Assembly: GCA_017744805.1 (NCBI GenBank)
Contig: JAGIAP010000001.1
Span: forward strand, 1 to 59,990
Direction of reading: 5' to 3'
Source of the DNA: Chitinophagaceae bacterium
Lineage (GTDB): Bacteria; Bacteroidota; Bacteroidia; Chitinophagales; Chitinophagaceae
Length of the DNA stretch: 59,990 bases
Below the pieces are notes generated by a model that worked only from the letters and a program-made list of their open reading frames with translations, was not told the origin of the DNA and ran no database searches. Shown one piece after another: positions 57,651 through 59,990 of the stretch (position 1 is the first letter of the stretch; each line of letters begins with the position of its first letter). A program made the position numbers and the translations under genes.

Positions 57651-57701
57651 CTGCTTTCCCTTTCAGGATTCCTTTAGTATTGATCAATAGTTTTATGTGC
57701 A

Positions 57702-58868
57702 ATGAAATATTTGACCAGAACTATATGGGTACTTTCATTGATCAGCTTACTGACCGATGTGGCCAGTGAAATGTTGTACCCCATCATGCCCATCTATCTC
57801 CGGAGCATTGGATTTTCAGTTTTACTCATAGGCATACTGGAAGGTGTAGCCGAAGCCACCGCGGGGCTCAGCAAAGGATATTTCGGCAACCTGTCTGATC
57901 ATATAGGCAGGCGTACGCCGTTCGTTCGCCTGGGTTACCTGCTGAGCGCCATCTCCAAACCTATGATGGCAGTATTCACTTTTCCCATCTGGATATTCTT
58001 TGCCAGGACCATGGACCGTTTGGGTAAGGGCATACGTACCGGTGCCCGGGATGCACTGCTTTCCGATGAGGCCACACCCGCAACCAAGGGCCGTGTGTTT
58101 GGTTTCCATCGCTCCATGGACACTTTAGGCGCTGTTACAGGTCCGGCGCTGGCATTGCTCTACCTTGGCCTTTATCCGGGCGCCTACAAGCATTTATTCC
58201 TTATCGCATTCATTCCGGGCCTGGCAGCCATTGCGCTTACCTTTTTCCTGAAAGACAGAAAACCGGTATCGGAAAAGAAGAAAACCAGGTTGTCCTTTTT
58301 TACATTTCTCCGGTACTGGAAAAATAGCCCTGCCCTATACAGGAAGCTGGTGGCTGGTTTGCTGGTGTTCACCCTGGTGAACAGCTCCGATGTATTCCTG
58401 TTGCTGAAAGCGAAGGAGGCGGGGCTGAACGATACTGCTACCATCGGGGTATATATTTTCTATAATCTCATTTTTGCCCTTGCCGCTTTTCCGATGGGAA
58501 TACTGGCTGATAAGATCGGACTGAAGCGGATATTCGTAACAGGGCTCTTCCTTTTTGTGTTGGTGTATGCCGGTATGGCCATCAAAGGCCCCTGGTTATG
58601 GTATGGCCTCCTGTTTTTCCTGTATGGTTTGTATGCGGCTGCAACCGAAGGTATATCCAAAGCGTGGATCAGTAATATTGCAGACCCTAAGGATACAGCC
58701 ACTGCCATCGGTACCTTCACTGCCTTTCAAAGCATTTGTACTATGCTGGCAAGCGCCCTCACGGGTTTGATCTGGTTTGAGTTTGGATCGCAGATCGCGT
58801 TTTTGATCACTGCAGCGGTTTCATTTTTGGTGTTCCTGTATTTTTTGCTGATGCGTTCCCGGTCATGA
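57702..58868 (+). CDS. MFS transporter
   Basis: Multiple TM helices; GNLSDHIGRR motif A; DRLGKGIRTGARDAL; GILADKIG. Confidence 0.93.
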   Translation: MKYLTRTIWVLSLISLLTDVASEMLYPIMPIYLRSIGFSVLLIGILEGVAEATAGLSKGYFGNLSDHIGRRTPFVRLGYLLSAISKPMMAVFTFPIWIFFARTMDRLGKGIRTGARDALLSDEATPATKGRVFGFHRSMDTLGAVTGPALALLYLGLYPGAYKHLFLIAFIPGLAAIALTFFLKDRKPVSEKKKTRLSFFTFLRYWKNSPALYRKLVAGLLVFTLVNSSDVFLLLKAKEAGLNDTATIGVYIFYNLIFALAAFPMGILADKIGLKRIFVTGLFLFVLVYAGMAIKGPWLWYGLLFFLYGLYAAATEGISKAWISNIADPKDTATAIGTFTAFQSICTMLASALTGLIWFEFGSQIAFLITAAVSFLVFLYFLLMRSRS

Positions 58869-58913
58869 TAGTTTTATTTAGTTTGCATGGGTCAAGCGAC
58901 TCAGAAAAACAGA

Positions 58914-59030
58914 TTGCCAAACCAGGGCCCATACAACGAAATGGAACTGCTCTTCCGCAGAGCAGAAGGAGATGAGGCTGCATTTGAGCGATCATTGAAT
59001 ATCTTCTTCATAAATCCAGGGCTGACCTAA
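58914..59030 (+). pseudogene. Truncated ECF sigma-factor N-terminal remnant (38 codons)
   Basis: TTG-started LPNQGPYNEMELLFRRAEGDEAAFER aligns with the sigma at 5470 (LPPNPTYDEQALLLKIVEGDAHSFGE), then similarity is lost and it stops. Confidence 0.62.
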
Positions 59031-59051
59031 CAGGTTGGCCCTTTTACTTTG
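59018..59051 (+). terminator. Intrinsic terminator
   Basis: AGGGCTGACCT-AAC-AGGTTGGCCCT then TTTACTTTG. Confidence 0.75.
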
Positions 59052-59176
59052 GATACTCTTCATGCGTTCTTGCAAATACTGTGTCAGAATTAGCAAATGG
59101 AGTACTTCTTACACCTGTATCGTATGCTGACCTTTATCCCGCTAACATATTTTTCTTAGTCGATCAATTAATTCAC

Positions 59177-59990
59177 ATGCAGCAGGGATCATTGCGCAGC
59201 TCCGGTTGGTTTGCCAGAAAAGGGAAAGATGGATTCATATACAGGGCATGGATGAAAAAGCAGGGCATTCCGGACCATGAATTCGATGGCAGGCCCATTA
59301 TCGGTATTTGCAATACCTGGTCTGAGCTCACACCCTGCAATTCTCATTTCCGGGAACTGGCCGAAAATGTAAAAAGAGGCGTGCTGGAAGCTGGTGGATT
59401 CCCGGTAGAATTTCCTGTGCTATCATTGGGCGAGACCCTCATGAAACCCACTGCCATGCTGTTCCGCAACCTGGCCAGTATGGATGTGGAAGAAGCCATC
59501 CGCGCCAATCCGCTGGATGGGGTGGTACTCCTGTGCGGGTGCGATAAAACAACCCCCAGTCTGGTGATGGGCGCTTGCAGTGTTGACCTGCCAACTATCG
59601 TGGTTTCCGGAGGCCCCATGCTCACTGGCAGGCATCGGGGCAAAAGCATCAGCACTTCCGATATCTGGCGTTTCTCCGAAGCCAATCGTTCAGGACAAAT
59701 GGACGACCAGGAAATGCGACTGGCCGAAAGCGGCATGTGCCGCAGCGATGGACATTGTGCCGTGATGGGCACGGCCAGCACCATGGCCTGTATGGTGGAA
59801 TCGCTGGGGCTCTCGTTGCCCGGTAATGCCGCTATCCCTGCGCCTGATTCGGCCCGAAAGATACTGGCCCACTGTTCGGGCTCGGAGATCGTGAAGATGG
59901 TGAGGCAGAACCTGAAACTATCTCAGATCCTTACCCGCAATGCTTTCGAGAATGCCATCATGGTGAATGCGGCTATCGGTGGGTCTACCA
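59177..59990 (+). CDS. IlvD/Edd-family dehydratase (sugar-acid dehydratase-like), partial, runs off right edge
   Basis: Absent from the ORF track. Translation: MQQGSLRSSGWF..RPIIGICNTWSELTPCNSHF..GCDKTTP..GHCAVMGTASTM..AIGGST with the Fe-S ligand motifs. Confidence 0.92.
   Translation, partial: MQQGSLRSSGWFARKGKDGFIYRAWMKKQGIPDHEFDGRPIIGICNTWSELTPCNSHFRELAENVKRGVLEAGGFPVEFPVLSLGETLMKPTAMLFRNLASMDVEEAIRANPLDGVVLLCGCDKTTPSLVMGACSVDLPTIVVSGGPMLTGRHRGKSISTSDIWRFSEANRSGQMDDQEMRLAESGMCRSDGHCAVMGTASTMACMVESLGLSLPGNAAIPAPDSARKILAHCSGSEIVKMVRQNLKLSQILTRNAFENAIMVNAAIGGST

Noticed and set aside
59344-59784. 146-aa minus-strand ORF
   Set aside because: Shadow of the plus-strand IlvD/Edd-family gene.

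Overview
Chromosomal window from a Bacteroidota genome, most likely Chitinophagaceae (inferred from the T9SS cargo, SusC/SusD pairs and ECF-FecR cassettes). It is dominated by outer-membrane uptake and sensing loci. Three SusC/SusD loci have no recognisable CAZymes and instead carry TlpA-type CxxC thiol-disulfide oxidoreductases: two paralogous ECF sigma-FecR-SusC-SusD-TlpA cassettes facing each other, and one SusC-SusD-TlpA-TlpA-SRPBCC operon divergent from a LytS/LytTR pair. A fourth, enzyme-less ECF-FecR-SusC-SusD-SusC-SusD locus has a second copy of its putative ECF promoter in front of the second SusC. A cobalamin riboswitch-btuB-btuG unit and a VIT1 transporter lie between the facing cassettes. 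Two paralogous ~1090-aa T9SS proteins with 14 GloVer-type repeats bracket the redox-SusCD region and share a LytTR-like upstream box. The right end encodes an ABC half-transporter with an unusual insertion, a trans-sulfuration PLP enzyme with a divergent Lrp regulator, an MFS transporter, a 38-codon ECF-sigma remnant that looks like a cassette deletion scar, and the start of an IlvD/Edd-family dehydratase missing from the ORF track. I saw no rRNA, tRNA, CRISPR array, transposase or integrase. All family calls come from motif recognition by eye, not database searches.
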